From Bdellovibrionota bacterium (GTDB lineage: Bacteria; Bdellovibrionota_C; UBA2361): DNA of 42,622 nucleotides. Below the pieces are notes generated by a model. That model saw nothing but the letters and a program-made list of their open reading frames with translations, made no database searches and was not told the DNA's origin. Position numbers and translations under genes: made by a program. Below, in pieces: positions 8,966 to 19,202 of this stretch. Numbering within the stretch: position 1 is the stretch's first letter; each line of letters starts with the position of its first letter. Where the stretch lies: positions 1 through 42,622 of the forward strand of contig JBILDU010000012.1 in assembly GCA_044352465.1 (NCBI GenBank). Reading direction: 5' to 3'.

Positions 8966-10200
8966 AGGTCTCCTCCACTCATCGAGAGCTCGCGCGCGCC
9001 AAGGGTTAACAGTGAAATTCGTGCAGCGGGAAAGGAGCCGAGGTACCGATCGATCGATTCGCGAGTTACCCCATCGATACCGGCTTGAATCTCCCGGTGA
9101 GAGCGAACCCGCTTATCAAGCCACCAGTCGCTCGCGTTCGAACTGGCGCGCGCGCCGGTCGATTCCTCACCGATAATTAAAGAGGCTTTGAGATTCGCCT
9201 TTGACCGTTCAAGCTCCTCCTCCGACGCTGATCCATGCAATCCGCGCAGCTCGCGCAACATTACTTCGAGGGTCTCTTGAGCCCGCTCTGGGGTCGTCCC
9301 CGCGTATGCGGTCATCGTGCCGTAATCACGGGTGGCTGAATGTCGGGCGAAAACGCTATACACAAGCCCACGTTTCTCACGCACCTCGATAAAGAGACGC
9401 CCAAACATCCCGCCTGAGAGCACTCCGGTCGCGACCTTCGCTGTATAGAAATCGGAATGACCGAAGGGGCACGAGGGATACGCCAGGACGATTTGGAGCT
9501 GAGCGGATTCATCGTGGATATGGAAACTCCCGTGCGGCGGCAGCGGCCCGAACGGCGGAACCGTGACTCCCGTTCCCCGCCACGCCCCAAAGGTATTCTC
9601 CACCAGCTCGACGATCTGGGGCGCACTCACTTTTCCAGCGACTGAAAGAATAGCTCCCTCAGGCTGAAACCGACGACGCCAATCTCGCTCGAGATATTCG
9701 CGCGAGCAGCTGGAGAGCCCCGCAATCGTCCCAAGAGGCGATCGGTTATACGGCGGCGGGTAATAGCGCGCCGAGAGCTCGATGCCCGCTCGCCGCGCGG
9801 GATTGTCGTTCAGCGCTCCGATATCTTGGAGCAGCAAGCTCCGAATACTCTCAATTTCCTCTGCGGGGAGGTGCGGCTCGCGCACCATCGCCGCCACATT
9901 TTTGAGCGCTTGGGGGAGATGCTCTGCCAGGAGGGCACCGCGATAAAAAAATCGATCGTGTCCGGAGGACTCGCTATGACTGATCCCAAGATCGTCGAAA
10001 GAATTGGAAAGCGCCCGTGAGTCGAGCCCCCCCGCCCCCCGCGAGGTCAGCTCCGTAAGTAACAGAGAGCTTCCCTCATAGCCCAACTCATCGGTGGTCA
10101 TCCCTCCGGGTATATGCAGGTCGTAGGCCACCGACTCAACGTGGTCGATCTGCTCGACGATGAGAGTCAGTCCATTTGAGAGTGTGTGAATCGAAATCAT
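8962..10200 (-). CDS. M16 peptidase, non-catalytic partner subunit
   Basis: M16 fold motifs (LSNGLTLI, GRLFIEVREKRGLVYSV) but HXXEH replaced by LLLTE; ATGA overlap with the catalytic subunit gene. Confidence 0.88.
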   Translation of the reverse strand: MISIHTLSNGLTLIVEQIDHVESVAYDLHIPGGMTTDELGYEGSSLLLTELTSRGAGGLDSRALSNSFDDLGISHSESSGHDRFFYRGALLAEHLPQALKNVAAMVREPHLPAEEIESIRSLLLQDIGALNDNPARRAGIELSARYYPPPYNRSPLGTIAGLSSCSREYLERDWRRRFQPEGAILSVAGKVSAPQIVELVENTFGAWRGTGVTVPPFGPLPPHGSFHIHDESAQLQIVLAYPSCPFGHSDFYTAKVATGVLSGGMFGRLFIEVREKRGLVYSVFARHSATRDYGTMTAYAGTTPERAQETLEVMLRELRGLHGSASEEELERSKANLKASLIIGEESTGARASSNASDWWLDKRVRSHREIQAGIDGVTRESIDRYLGSFPAARISLLTLGARELSMSGGDL

Positions 10201-10229
10201 GCGCTATTCCTCACCGGGTCCTCCTTAAA

Positions 10230-11600
10230 TTATCTTCCCGAAATCGCCTGCGGGTCGCCGCCGCCCTCTGCACACTTATTGCGCGCCCGCACCAGATCAG
10301 TGAGGGTCGTTACCCCACCCGCCCCCTCTTCGAACGAGCGAAACATTAACGCCATCTCACGGGGATAGTGTAAGGCTTGCCGAGAGCTAAACAGCGCCTC
10401 ACGGACCTCGCGAAGTTCGATAGTCTCGGGGCTACGGATCAAAATAAGAGGGTTATCCCGGGAGTCGCCCCGCGCAAGGATCCCGCGCCGCTCGAGTGCA
10501 TCGAGTGCAGGCTTTAACACCACGGTGCTGCACCCCAAAGCCTCTGCCACCTCAAGGTCGTTGGGTGGACGACGACCCTTAATAAAGGCGTCGGCGATCA
10601 TGACAAGCGACTGAACAGCAAGCACCATTCCCGCATCACCGACACTCATCACTGAGCGCTTCCACAGCTTGCCGTTCCGCGGAAGATACTGCGCTTGGTA
10701 CGAAGCTTCAGCGCCAAAGAGTACGATCGTCCACGCTAAATATAACCAGAAGAGAAATATCGGAATCGCCGCTAAGGTCTGATAGATCGTGTAGTAAGAG
10801 GAAAATCGCTCCACATATACCGCAAAACCGATCTTCGCGAAGCCAAATAAGAACCCGCCAAGAAAGGCTCCAAACATCGCTGAACGGACCTGCACCGGCG
10901 CTTTGGGAACGAGATAATAGAGGGAGAAAAACGCTACGAAATCGATGAGAAAAGGCAGTATCGCGGTGTAGATCGCATTCAGATACCAGATCCACTCCTG
11001 CCCATTACCGCTACCGAAATAGCCGAGCCGAAATTTTCCAAAATAATAGGCCGAAAGCGCCAGGACGGGCGCCACGACGATGACCGCCGAGTAGATCCCG
11101 ATCCGATTGCTTAATGAGCGCGCCTCATACACCTGCCAAATCTCGTTGAGCGCGTACTCAACCGAGTTAATCAAGATAACAGCGGTCACCACGAGAAAGG
11201 CGGCCACCAAAATATTTAATGAGGAGATCATCGAGCTGAACTCCCCAAGATAATGGAGAACTGAATCCACCGCCTCCATATTGGGTACGAACTGACTGAA
11301 GATGAACTTTCGAATCTCCGGTAATTTATCCCCGGAGACCGCGAATGAAGCGAGCAGTCCGAAGGCCAAAGCGGTTATCGGAACTAGCGAGAGCAGGGTC
11401 GTGTAGGCCAGCGAGGAGGCTTTGGAGAAGCCGTTCCCCCAATAAAAGCGGTCGACGGAGGATACGATGACGCGAGACAACCACCGAACTTCGCTCACGA
11501 ACCAACGCCCGATTTTCTGGGGCCAGGAGAGAATCTCCCGAACCTCAGCTACCGTTTCAGCGCTGCGACGTTGAATCTCTGAAGATAGCGACACGGCCAA
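10230..11600 (-). CDS. YihY/BrkB-family inner membrane protein with C-terminal HTH-like domain
   Basis: ASSLAYTTLLSLVP, INSVEYALNEIWQV, LAAIPIFLFWLYLAWTIVLFGAE; tail EVAEALGCSTVVLKPALDALERRGIL. Start uncertain (TTG 11600 or GTG 11594); the track's 11687 start overlaps the predicted promoter. Confidence 0.88.
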   Translation of the reverse strand: MAVSLSSEIQRRSAETVAEVREILSWPQKIGRWFVSEVRWLSRVIVSSVDRFYWGNGFSKASSLAYTTLLSLVPITALAFGLLASFAVSGDKLPEIRKFIFSQFVPNMEAVDSVLHYLGEFSSMISSLNILVAAFLVVTAVILINSVEYALNEIWQVYEARSLSNRIGIYSAVIVVAPVLALSAYYFGKFRLGYFGSGNGQEWIWYLNAIYTAILPFLIDFVAFFSLYYLVPKAPVQVRSAMFGAFLGGFLFGFAKIGFAVYVERFSSYYTIYQTLAAIPIFLFWLYLAWTIVLFGAEASYQAQYLPRNGKLWKRSVMSVGDAGMVLAVQSLVMIADAFIKGRRPPNDLEVAEALGCSTVVLKPALDALERRGILARGDSRDNPLILIRSPETIELREVREALFSSRQALHYPREMALMFRSFEEGAGGVTTLTDLVRARNKCAEGGGDPQAISGR

Positions 11601-11668
11601 CAAGAAAATAAAAACACCGTCACCGGGGAACCTCGACCTTACACCGATTGCGCCCCAACCCGTATACC

Positions 11669-11681
11669 TATAATGATTATA
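11669..11681. promoter_or_regulatory. Symmetric pair of -10 hexamers; candidate bidirectional promoter
   Basis: TATAAT-G-ATTATA between divergent genes yihY (-) and 11777 (+). Confidence 0.5.
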
Positions 11682-11776
11682 CCGCACCGGGAATTTATTC
11701 AGAAAGGCATATAAAATCGCTCAATTGCTGGATGAATGAGCGGCCTGGCTAACTGAACAGAAAGCACTCAAATCGA

Positions 11777-12091
11777 ATGTCATACCGCTGTTCTAAATGC
11801 TCGCACGAAATCCCCCTCAGCGTAGGCGCGCGGGTCGGTCGTCGTGATAGCTGCCCTCAATGCGGAGCCGACCTGCATAGCTGCCTTCACTGCGTCCACC
11901 ACGACCGTTCAGCCTACAACGAATGTCGCGAACCCCAAGCCGAGCGAGTGCTGGACAAAGAGAGGAGCAACATGTGTGATTATTTCACCCCCTACACGGG
12001 GCCGGCTCGCGACCCGAAAGGAAAGGGTTCGACGGACTACCTCAAAGGTCTCGACGACCTTTTTAAGCCGGAGAAGAAGGAGAAGCTGTAG
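11777..12091 (+). CDS. Small Cys-rich, probably zinc-binding, hypothetical protein
   Basis: CSKC, CPQC, CLHC plus NEC and NMCDYF; ends LDDLFK. Confidence 0.8.
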   Translation: MSYRCSKCSHEIPLSVGARVGRRDSCPQCGADLHSCLHCVHHDRSAYNECREPQAERVLDKERSNMCDYFTPYTGPARDPKGKGSTDYLKGLDDLFKPEKKEKL

Positions 12092-12167
12092 GCGGCATAA
12101 AAAGCAACCGCACCCTTTTAGGCAAGTGCTAGGAGCCTCCTCCGACCACAGATATTAGCCGACAGCC

Positions 12168-13169
12168 CTAAATGCCACCCGGTCCACCAGCCGGGCTACT
12201 GGCAATGTGGTCGTATCCCGTATGAGGGAGATCTTCGGTGATGCCGCTCCTTTCAAGCAACACGCGGCCCGACTCCGTTATCTCTCCGATAACCGCGCCG
12301 GAGACAACCCCTCGATCAGCCGCCCTTAGCGTGTAGAGTAACTGATAGTCGTCCCCACCGGATAACGCGAGACTCAAGCGATCGACCCCCAAAAGCTCGG
12401 CGAGCTGAGTCGTCTCGGGGTCAAACGGTATCGACTCAGCAACGATCTTGGCCCCCACCCCACTCATTCGACAGAGGTGATGAATCTCACTTGAAAGACC
12501 ATCGCTAATATCGATCATCGCAGTGGCGAACGGCGCTACCGCATCAACGAGATCAAGCCGGCACTCAGGGAGTCGGTGCAGCGCTTTGATACCCTCAAAC
12601 CCGGAGAGATTCCGCCGATATGCAAGCAAACCTGCAGCCGCGCCGCCAACGGGCCCCGAAAGGCACACGAGATCCCCGGGGCGCGCACCGCTCCGAGTCG
12701 ACAGATGGACCTCACTCTGGATTACCCCCACAACGGTTATCGTGACGACGAGTTCGCCGGTGCCTACGGTCGTATCGCCTCCCAGAACGAAGGCACCGAG
12801 CCGCCGAGTCGCTCGATGGATTCCTCGATAAAGCTCGCTCAACTGAGCAAATTCATAGTTGGGTGGGGTCGAGAGCGCGATGTAGACGTGGCGAGGCTTC
12901 CCGCCCATCGCGACGATATCGGAGGCCGCCGCCTCAATGGCTTTGAACCCGACGTCGCTCGGGGAAGAGATCGCTGCATCGAAGTGCCGACCGCCGACCA
13001 CCGTGTCGGTGGTCACCGCCACTAACTCGCCGCCGAACCGAACAACTGCAGCATCATCCCCGTTGGGAACAACGACCTCAGCTCCCGGTTCAGCAGAGTC
13101 AAGAAGCCGCGCCAATAGTTCCGTTTCGTTGCGAGCGGGACCAACGAACTGAGATTTTTGGGGGCACAT
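12168..13169 (-). CDS. thiL: Thiamine-monophosphate kinase ThiL
   Basis: GDDAAV, TTDTVVGGRHF, SDIVAMGG, GGDT, AMIDISDGL, GGDDYQLL. Confidence 0.95.
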   Translation of the reverse strand: MCPQKSQFVGPARNETELLARLLDSAEPGAEVVVPNGDDAAVVRFGGELVAVTTDTVVGGRHFDAAISSPSDVGFKAIEAAASDIVAMGGKPRHVYIALSTPPNYEFAQLSELYRGIHRATRRLGAFVLGGDTTVGTGELVVTITVVGVIQSEVHLSTRSGARPGDLVCLSGPVGGAAAGLLAYRRNLSGFEGIKALHRLPECRLDLVDAVAPFATAMIDISDGLSSEIHHLCRMSGVGAKIVAESIPFDPETTQLAELLGVDRLSLALSGGDDYQLLYTLRAADRGVVSGAVIGEITESGRVLLERSGITEDLPHTGYDHIASSPAGGPGGI

Positions 13170-13266
13170 GGCGAGGCTCCGAGCGTCGCATCATTCACAT
13201 CAGCGCACGCAAATCAGCAGACGGTAGCACACCCCCTTGGCCCGAGACAAAGACCCGCCACAGGGG

Positions 13267-14682
13267 CTACTCCGTGGCTGTGCCCGCCACGGCCGGCGGC
13301 GCGTCGCTAATGCCGAGCTTATCCATCTTATATTTGAGAATTCGGCGACTAATACCGAGCAGCTCGGCTGCGCGGGTCTGCACATAATTGGTCTTTCGGA
13401 GGGCCTTCACGATCATCTCGGTTTCGAATCGACGCTCCGCATCCTCAAAGCTCATCGGATCATCCCCCGCGGCGGGCTTATACGTCTCGCGTTGATGAAC
13501 CGCCTTTAATTTACGCGGCAGATCGTTTGCTGTGACGATCTCGTTAGGGCAGAGCGCCATAAGGCTTTCAACGACGTTCTCAAGCTCGCGCACGTTCCCG
13601 GGCCAATCATACTCGATAAGAGTTTTTAGCGCCTCTTCATCGAGCCGAAGCTCCTTGCCCCCATAGGCTGGTTTGAACTTCGTTACGAAGTGCTCAACCA
13701 GAAATGGGATATCCTCAAAACGATCCCGCAGTGGCGGCAGGTTCAAGCTCACCACGTTGATGCGATAAAAGAGATCTTGGCGAAAGAGCTTTTGAGCGAT
13801 CAATTCCTCGAGGTTTTTATTCGTGGCTGCAATAATCCTCACATTGACCTTGATCGGCTTTGAGCGACCGACCCGGTAGAACTCCTGCTCCTGGAGGAAG
13901 CGGAGCATCTTTACCTGGACCGGCAGACTCAATTCCCCGATCTCGTCGAGAAACAGGGTTCCACCGTCGGCGAGCTCAAAATGGCCGACCCGCCGCTCAA
14001 CCGCGCTTGTAAACGCCCCCTTTTCATGACCAAACAGCTCCGATTCGATCAACGTCTCGGGGATCGCGGCGCAATTGATCGGAACAAACGGTCCGTTTTT
14101 TCGGGGGCTGAGGTCGTGGATTCGTCGAGCCACGAGCTCTTTTCCCGTCCCCGATTCTCCCGTAATAAGCACCGTCGCATCACGGGGCGCAATCTGGGCG
14201 ACCCGCTCGAAGGTTTCGCTCATCGTCGGGGAGCGACCGACCATCGAGCCGAAGTCACCCGCAGGTACCACCAGACTCGAACGTACAACTTGCCTGTCAC
14301 GAACAGCACCTTTCGCTTCCCCGAGCGTCGCGGTCAGAAGGCCGGTGAGCTCCTCAATATCGAAGGGCTTGCTCAGATAATCAACCGCGCCCCATTTCAT
14401 CGCTTGCACCGCAGTGCGCACGGTATTCGTCGCGGTAAGCATGATGACCGGAGTGTCTCCACGCCGCTCGCGGAGCTCCTTCAAAGTATCCATCCCCCCA
14501 AGATTCGGCATCAACACGTCAAGAAGGACGATATCGGGATCAAAATCGTCAAGACGGGCCAGCGCTTGTTCCCCATCGATCGCCGTGTCGACGTCGTAGT
14601 CCCCCTTAAGCAAGAGCTTCAGGGAGTCCCTGATCGCCGCCTCGTCATCAACGATCAAAATTCTCTTTCGCGCCTCAATCAT
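13267..14682 (-). CDS. Sigma54-dependent response regulator (NtrC/AtoC family: REC-AAA-Fis HTH)
   Basis: ILIVDDE...LLDVLMP...[63 protein letters not shown]. Start 14682 or 14694. Confidence 0.95.
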   Translation of the reverse strand: MIEARKRILIVDDEAAIRDSLKLLLKGDYDVDTAIDGEQALARLDDFDPDIVLLDVLMPNLGGMDTLKELRERRGDTPVIMLTATNTVRTAVQAMKWGAVDYLSKPFDIEELTGLLTATLGEAKGAVRDRQVVRSSLVVPAGDFGSMVGRSPTMSETFERVAQIAPRDATVLITGESGTGKELVARRIHDLSPRKNGPFVPINCAAIPETLIESELFGHEKGAFTSAVERRVGHFELADGGTLFLDEIGELSLPVQVKMLRFLQEQEFYRVGRSKPIKVNVRIIAATNKNLEELIAQKLFRQDLFYRINVVSLNLPPLRDRFEDIPFLVEHFVTKFKPAYGGKELRLDEEALKTLIEYDWPGNVRELENVVESLMALCPNEIVTANDLPRKLKAVHQRETYKPAAGDDPMSFEDAERRFETEMIVKALRKTNYVQTRAAELLGISRRILKYKMDKLGISDAPPAVAGTATE

Positions 14683-14757
14683 CGCCCTACCCATGGAAAA
14701 ACCGTCTGTCAGCGCCCCCACACGAACCGTGACAGCTAACTGTTAAGATGCAGCCGT

Positions 14758-14793
14758 GTACGTTTTTGACTGCACCGCAGCACAAAAATGTAC
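14758..14793. promoter_or_regulatory. Inverted-repeat pair; candidate binding sites for a bEBP/Fis-HTH regulator
   Basis: GTACGTTTTTG-N14-CAAAAATGTAC (10/11 complementary) just upstream of the regulator gene. Confidence 0.5.
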
Positions 14794-15039
14794 GAACGAC
14801 TCGAAGGTAAGGCCCCAGAGAAGCTTAGTCAATTCAGTAAATTAGCGAGTGCCGGTCGAGGCGGCTAAAAAAAAACTTCGTACTGGTTCAAAAAAGGTCA
14901 GAAACGCCGGGAACTAAAGGGGTCGCGGGCTAACCCGCGTCGTAAAAATAGCGCCCCTCACCCTCCCCTCAAATGTGGTCAAAAATCGGGGGAAACAGCG
15001 CTCTCGCAGGGGGACGAAAAAAATCCCTGAAAGCGGGCG

Positions 15040-16428
15040 CTAGTAATCGTTCATCCGCTTCCACGCCTCTTCGCGGCGAGCGATGTCCGGGTCAGCCACG
15101 ATATTCTGCAGGACTACCCGTCCGAGACGGGCATGAATCTCCTCAAGCGGCGCGTTGCGCGCATCTGGTACCAATGGATCCATAAAATCGGGGTGATACC
15201 GCATCATGTGCTCCAGCACCGCGCGATCGTGTTCCGACTTCGAGATAATCGCCCAGATACTTTTTCCCACAAAGGCGAAATCGCTCATGCCCCAGTCAAG
15301 GAGGCGAGTGACGTAGTGCCCTGCCGTCAGAAGCTCCTCAGGAGCCGGGGGGCGCTCAAAGGCGTAGGACCCTCCACTGTTACGCATACGATCGGCGATC
15401 CCCACGAGGTTCGCCACCAGTTGAGGGTGACAGTGCGGTGACAAGATCTTCCGTTCAAGAGTTGAATCGAGATAGGTCATCTTTATCGGGTGAACCCGGC
15501 GTAGCAGCGCTTCATCGAGAGGGCGGTTAAAATTTTTGGTAAAGATCAGCAACAGGTTACTGACGTTCGCATCGATCGCGGGACGTGATTCAAGCCACAC
15601 CCGCGCGTCTTGAATCGGTCCGAGAAAGAACGTATCGATCGCTGCGTCAGGCTTATCAAGCTCATCGATAAGGAGAATAATCGGCTTTTCCTGGGATTTA
15701 AGATACGCCCGGGAGACGATACCGAGGTTCATAAGCTCGCTACCATCGCGAGCTCCCTTTCCGACCATCGCGTTGGCCATCGCCAGAGTTGAGGGAGATT
15801 CGATCAAATTCTGTGTGGGCATCCCCTTGTAGCAACTGAGACACATCAACTCTGCGCCGCAGATCTGCGCGAGCGACTTCGCCATGTAGCTCTTACCGCA
15901 GCCCGAGGGGCCCTCAAGCAGCAACGCGCGGATCTTTGTACTCGGGGTATTGAGCAGCAGCGATATCTGCACCGCCAGATACGGCAAACACTGATAACCC
16001 ACCCGACTGAGCTTATCAGCTATCTCCTCTGGCGTTCCGATGTTGTCGAAACCGGGCCTCTCGGCGACATATTCGGATGAAAACTGTTTGTTTTGGTAGG
16101 TCGCTGGCGGAGTCGGCTCTTCAACGAGACGGGGCTTGGGAAGATCCGCCAATGCGGCCAGAGAGTTCGAGATACTCGAAACCGCGACGGGTCTCTCCTC
16201 TTTGAGTGGAGAGTCTACAGGCGCAACGTCGACTGAAGACTGTGGGGTATCGAGCCGCGAACGAATCAACGGCTGCGGGGTATCGCTTCTATTTTGAGCG
16301 AGCCTTATGTGCGAGTGATCTCCTCCATGGCTCCCTCCGGTTGGCTCAGCCTTACCGCCCGGAACGAGAACTCCGCGCCGCGAGGCTCGCCTCGATTCCC
16401 CTAATGATCGACGCTTCGGCAGCATCAT
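15040..16428 (-). CDS. MoxR-family (CoxD-like) AAA+ ATPase with a long disordered N-terminus
   Basis: LLLEGPSGCGKS, ILLIDELDKPD, LDEALLRRV; first ~125 aa are Pro/Ser/Arg-rich. Confidence 0.85.
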   Translation of the reverse strand: MMLPKRRSLGESRRASRRGVLVPGGKAEPTGGSHGGDHSHIRLAQNRSDTPQPLIRSRLDTPQSSVDVAPVDSPLKEERPVAVSSISNSLAALADLPKPRLVEEPTPPATYQNKQFSSEYVAERPGFDNIGTPEEIADKLSRVGYQCLPYLAVQISLLLNTPSTKIRALLLEGPSGCGKSYMAKSLAQICGAELMCLSCYKGMPTQNLIESPSTLAMANAMVGKGARDGSELMNLGIVSRAYLKSQEKPIILLIDELDKPDAAIDTFFLGPIQDARVWLESRPAIDANVSNLLLIFTKNFNRPLDEALLRRVHPIKMTYLDSTLERKILSPHCHPQLVANLVGIADRMRNSGGSYAFERPPAPEELLTAGHYVTRLLDWGMSDFAFVGKSIWAIISKSEHDRAVLEHMMRYHPDFMDPLVPDARNAPLEEIHARLGRVVLQNIVADPDIARREEAWKRMNDY

Positions 16429-16571
16429 AGAGCTAACGACCTAGGATAAAGACCTGAACCCGCCCACGCCCCAAGGTTGGGAAGGGAGCTAGTTCTGTAC
16501 GAACTTACCGATAGTTATGGCCGTCGATTGAACCGGAGTAGCATCAAATTACCCGATTAATCCCCTCATTT

Positions 16572-16584
16572 TATCAATGGCTTA
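16572..16584. promoter_or_regulatory. IHF consensus site
   Basis: TATCAATGGCTTA matches WATCAAnnnnTTR exactly; lies in an AT-rich patch upstream of the MoxR gene. Confidence 0.45.
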
Positions 16585-16863
16585 GAGCCCTTCGCCAAAT
16601 ATCCCCTGACTGGGAAAGCGACTCCTAGAGAACCTACGGCGTCGGCTTTGTCGCCCGTATCGGCCGTCTGAGGGGTAGCGAGGCCTGCCCAAGACCCATA
16701 AAAGGCGCGCAGACTCCGCGCTCTCAGTCAAACCCACTCACCGCCCCTCCAGGGCCGCCGCCGCGCAAACGTGCCGCGCTGCGGGCGGGCGCGAGGAGAT
16801 TCGACTCCTACGCGACCGGTAGGTGTCTTGTCATGGGGACAGGTAGCGGCAGGGTGCTTACCC

Positions 16864-19191
16864 TCACGAGGATGCCGAACGAGTGGCTTGAGCCTCGGTC
16901 TCTTCCCGGTAGTAAGCGCTGTAGTAGCGATTGTAGTAGTAGTAATCCCCGCTCGTCACATCGACATGGTTAAGCACAACCCCGAGGATACGGGCTCCGA
17001 CCGATTGGAGCCGCTTACGCGCGTCGTTCACCACTCGGCGGGGAGTTGACGCGCCTTTCAGCACCAGCACAACACCATCAACATACCGCGACAGAATGAC
17101 CGAGTCGGTGACCGGAAGGACGGGTGGTGAATCGATGAGCACGTAGTCGTACTCACTCGCGAGCCGGTCGATGAGACTTGCCATCTCCAGCGAACCCAAT
17201 AGCTCCGCCGGATTGGGCGGTATCGGGCCACTCGAGATAAACGTCACCCGCTTGACGAGGTCGGTCATCGCAACCTCCTCGACAGTGCGTTGGCCGGTCA
17301 AAATATCCACTAACCCAGCGCGTTCCCGATCGAGATTGAAGTGGCGGTGAATCGCCGGACGGCGAAGGTCTGCATCGATTAAGACAACCCGGCCGCCGGA
17401 GCTCGCCAAACTGATGGCGATATTCACCGTCGACGTCGTTTTCCCTTCCGACGACTGCGCCGACGTCACCAAAATAATCTTCGGTGGTTCCCCGGCTTGG
17501 GACAGGAGCACACCCGTTCGGATCGTACGATAAGCTTCAGCAGCCAGTGACTTCGGCGACTGCAGGAAGACGATCGGAAGATCCGATTGGGCGGCATCAA
17601 CGCGCTGTAACTCAAGGCTCGAGCTGAGCGATGCGGGCTCACCCGGAGGTGGCGGAGCGGTATCGAATGCGGGCACCACGCCAAGGGAGGGCAGCTGAAG
17701 CACCGCCGCGACGTCCTCAGGAGTACGGACCGTATTATCTAGATAACTAAGGAGAAATGCGAGCCCGATACCAGCCCCAAGCCCCAGGAGAACACCCAGG
17801 AGGACAACAAGCTTCTTGCGCGGATGACTCGGGTAGAGCGGTACCGTCGGATGATCAACGATCGAGATATTTGAAGAGTTGCTCTCAACCGCGAGTGAGG
17901 TCTCCTTTATCTGACGGAGCACGTTCTCCAAAAGATCACGGGACGAGGTGAGTTCGCGATTGAGGACGTTGTATTGTACCTGTTTCTTTGAGAGCTCAAA
18001 CGCTCGACTCTTCTGTTGCTCCAACTCCTCTTGGAGATTCTTCTCCTCCTCGGCCGCAGCCGCCGCTTTCGCTTTGAGCCCCGTGACGATCTGCCGGCGC
18101 TGCCCTTCGATAGAGCGCTTTAACTCAGCTATCTGGGAACGGAGTTGGGCGACCCGAGGATAGCTATCGGTGAACTTCGCCCGAAGTTGGCCGAACTCCG
18201 CCTCAAGCTTCGCCAGCTCCGACCGCATCGTTTGTGTCGAAACATCGTCGAAACCCGCCGAGGATGATTCAAGCGACTTCAGTGACTCACCGTAGAGATT
18301 TTCAGCCTCGATCCGCTTCGCCGTTACCTCAGTAAGCTGGCGACTAACCAACGAGAGTTTTTGGGCGATGATATTTTCGTCTTTGTTGAGCGCGATGATC
18401 GAATTCGCCTCAGCGTAGTCGGCGATCTCCCGCTCAAGGTCGGCCACTTTTTCGCGCAGCTCATCGGCCTGACCACGCAGAAATTTGAGCCCGCGAGCTT
18501 GTTGCGCCATCCGCGAGCTGCGCACCCAATCCTGATAGGCTACCGAATGCCGGTTAGCTATCAACGCAGCTAGAACCGCATCGTCCGAGGTGGCGCGTAT
18601 AGCCACGAGGGAGGTGCGCCGAATCGGACGAACCTCTATCCCGCTCAGATAGCCCCGAATATCCTCAACCGACGACTGATAGGTCGAGATCGAGTCCGGC
18701 AGCGCCGGCTTCGAGTCTGTCTTCCCTCCACCAAAAAGCGACGCAAAGAAACCGGGTTTTTTACGAACCTCGAAAGCCTCTTTTATCTGCGGGTCGGTGA
18801 GCACTTTGTCCGCCAGCGAGAAGCTCTTTATCTCCTCGATCTGAGTCTCAAGATAGTTCGCCTCTTTGCTCTTCTGCTCAAGCATGTCCTCGATCTTGGT
18901 TGCCGCGAGGATCGGCTCGTAGGTCGAAATCCGGATCTTACTTTCAGCGGTGTAGAGCGGGGTGGCGGTGAAAGCGTAGATAAGCGCCAACAGAAGTCCA
19001 ACGAGGGCGGCGGCGCCCACGAGATGCCGGTACTTAAAAAGTATCCGACCGTATTCACGTAACGGAGCTTCGGACCCATCGTGCGGCGCCCCACCACCGA
19101 AGCCCCCACCGAGCGATCCCCCTGCCAGCGGTTCAGCCGGTAGGTACGTTGGCAGCGCGCGAATATTTTTGGACGGAGCGAGATCAGACAT
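16864..19191 (-). CDS. wzc: Wzc/GumC polysaccharide co-polymerase with BY-kinase domain
   Basis: Two TMs around a coiled-coil; AEAYRTIRT, SAQSSEGKTT, LIDADLRRP, LIDSPP; Tyr cluster DYYYYNRYYSAYY. Confidence 0.93.
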   Translation of the reverse strand: MSDLAPSKNIRALPTYLPAEPLAGGSLGGGFGGGAPHDGSEAPLREYGRILFKYRHLVGAAALVGLLLALIYAFTATPLYTAESKIRISTYEPILAATKIEDMLEQKSKEANYLETQIEEIKSFSLADKVLTDPQIKEAFEVRKKPGFFASLFGGGKTDSKPALPDSISTYQSSVEDIRGYLSGIEVRPIRRTSLVAIRATSDDAVLAALIANRHSVAYQDWVRSSRMAQQARGLKFLRGQADELREKVADLEREIADYAEANSIIALNKDENIIAQKLSLVSRQLTEVTAKRIEAENLYGESLKSLESSSAGFDDVSTQTMRSELAKLEAEFGQLRAKFTDSYPRVAQLRSQIAELKRSIEGQRRQIVTGLKAKAAAAAEEEKNLQEELEQQKSRAFELSKKQVQYNVLNRELTSSRDLLENVLRQIKETSLAVESNSSNISIVDHPTVPLYPSHPRKKLVVLLGVLLGLGAGIGLAFLLSYLDNTVRTPEDVAAVLQLPSLGVVPAFDTAPPPPGEPASLSSSLELQRVDAAQSDLPIVFLQSPKSLAAEAYRTIRTGVLLSQAGEPPKIILVTSAQSSEGKTTSTVNIAISLASSGGRVVLIDADLRRPAIHRHFNLDRERAGLVDILTGQRTVEEVAMTDLVKRVTFISSGPIPPNPAELLGSLEMASLIDRLASEYDYVLIDSPPVLPVTDSVILSRYVDGVVLVLKGASTPRRVVNDARKRLQSVGARILGVVLNHVDVTSGDYYYYNRYYSAYYREETEAQATRSASS

Positions 19192-19202
19192 CGCGTACTA
19201 CC

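Noticed and set aside
8216..9088. Long antisense or alternative-frame ORFs (e.g. 8216..9088, 13981..14739, 19891..20589, 27446..28054, 39372..40196)
   Set aside because: They are shadow ORFs of well-supported genes in GC-rich DNA and have no recognisable motifs.
16441..16492. Another pair of CTAG sites ~48 bp apart
   Set aside because: The sequence between them has no palindromic arms and no similarity to the 37204-37322 units.
16790..16815. GCGAGGAGATTCGACTCCTACGC resembling a tRNA T-arm
   Set aside because: It lacks the G before TTCGA, and no acceptor, D or anticodon stems could be built around it.
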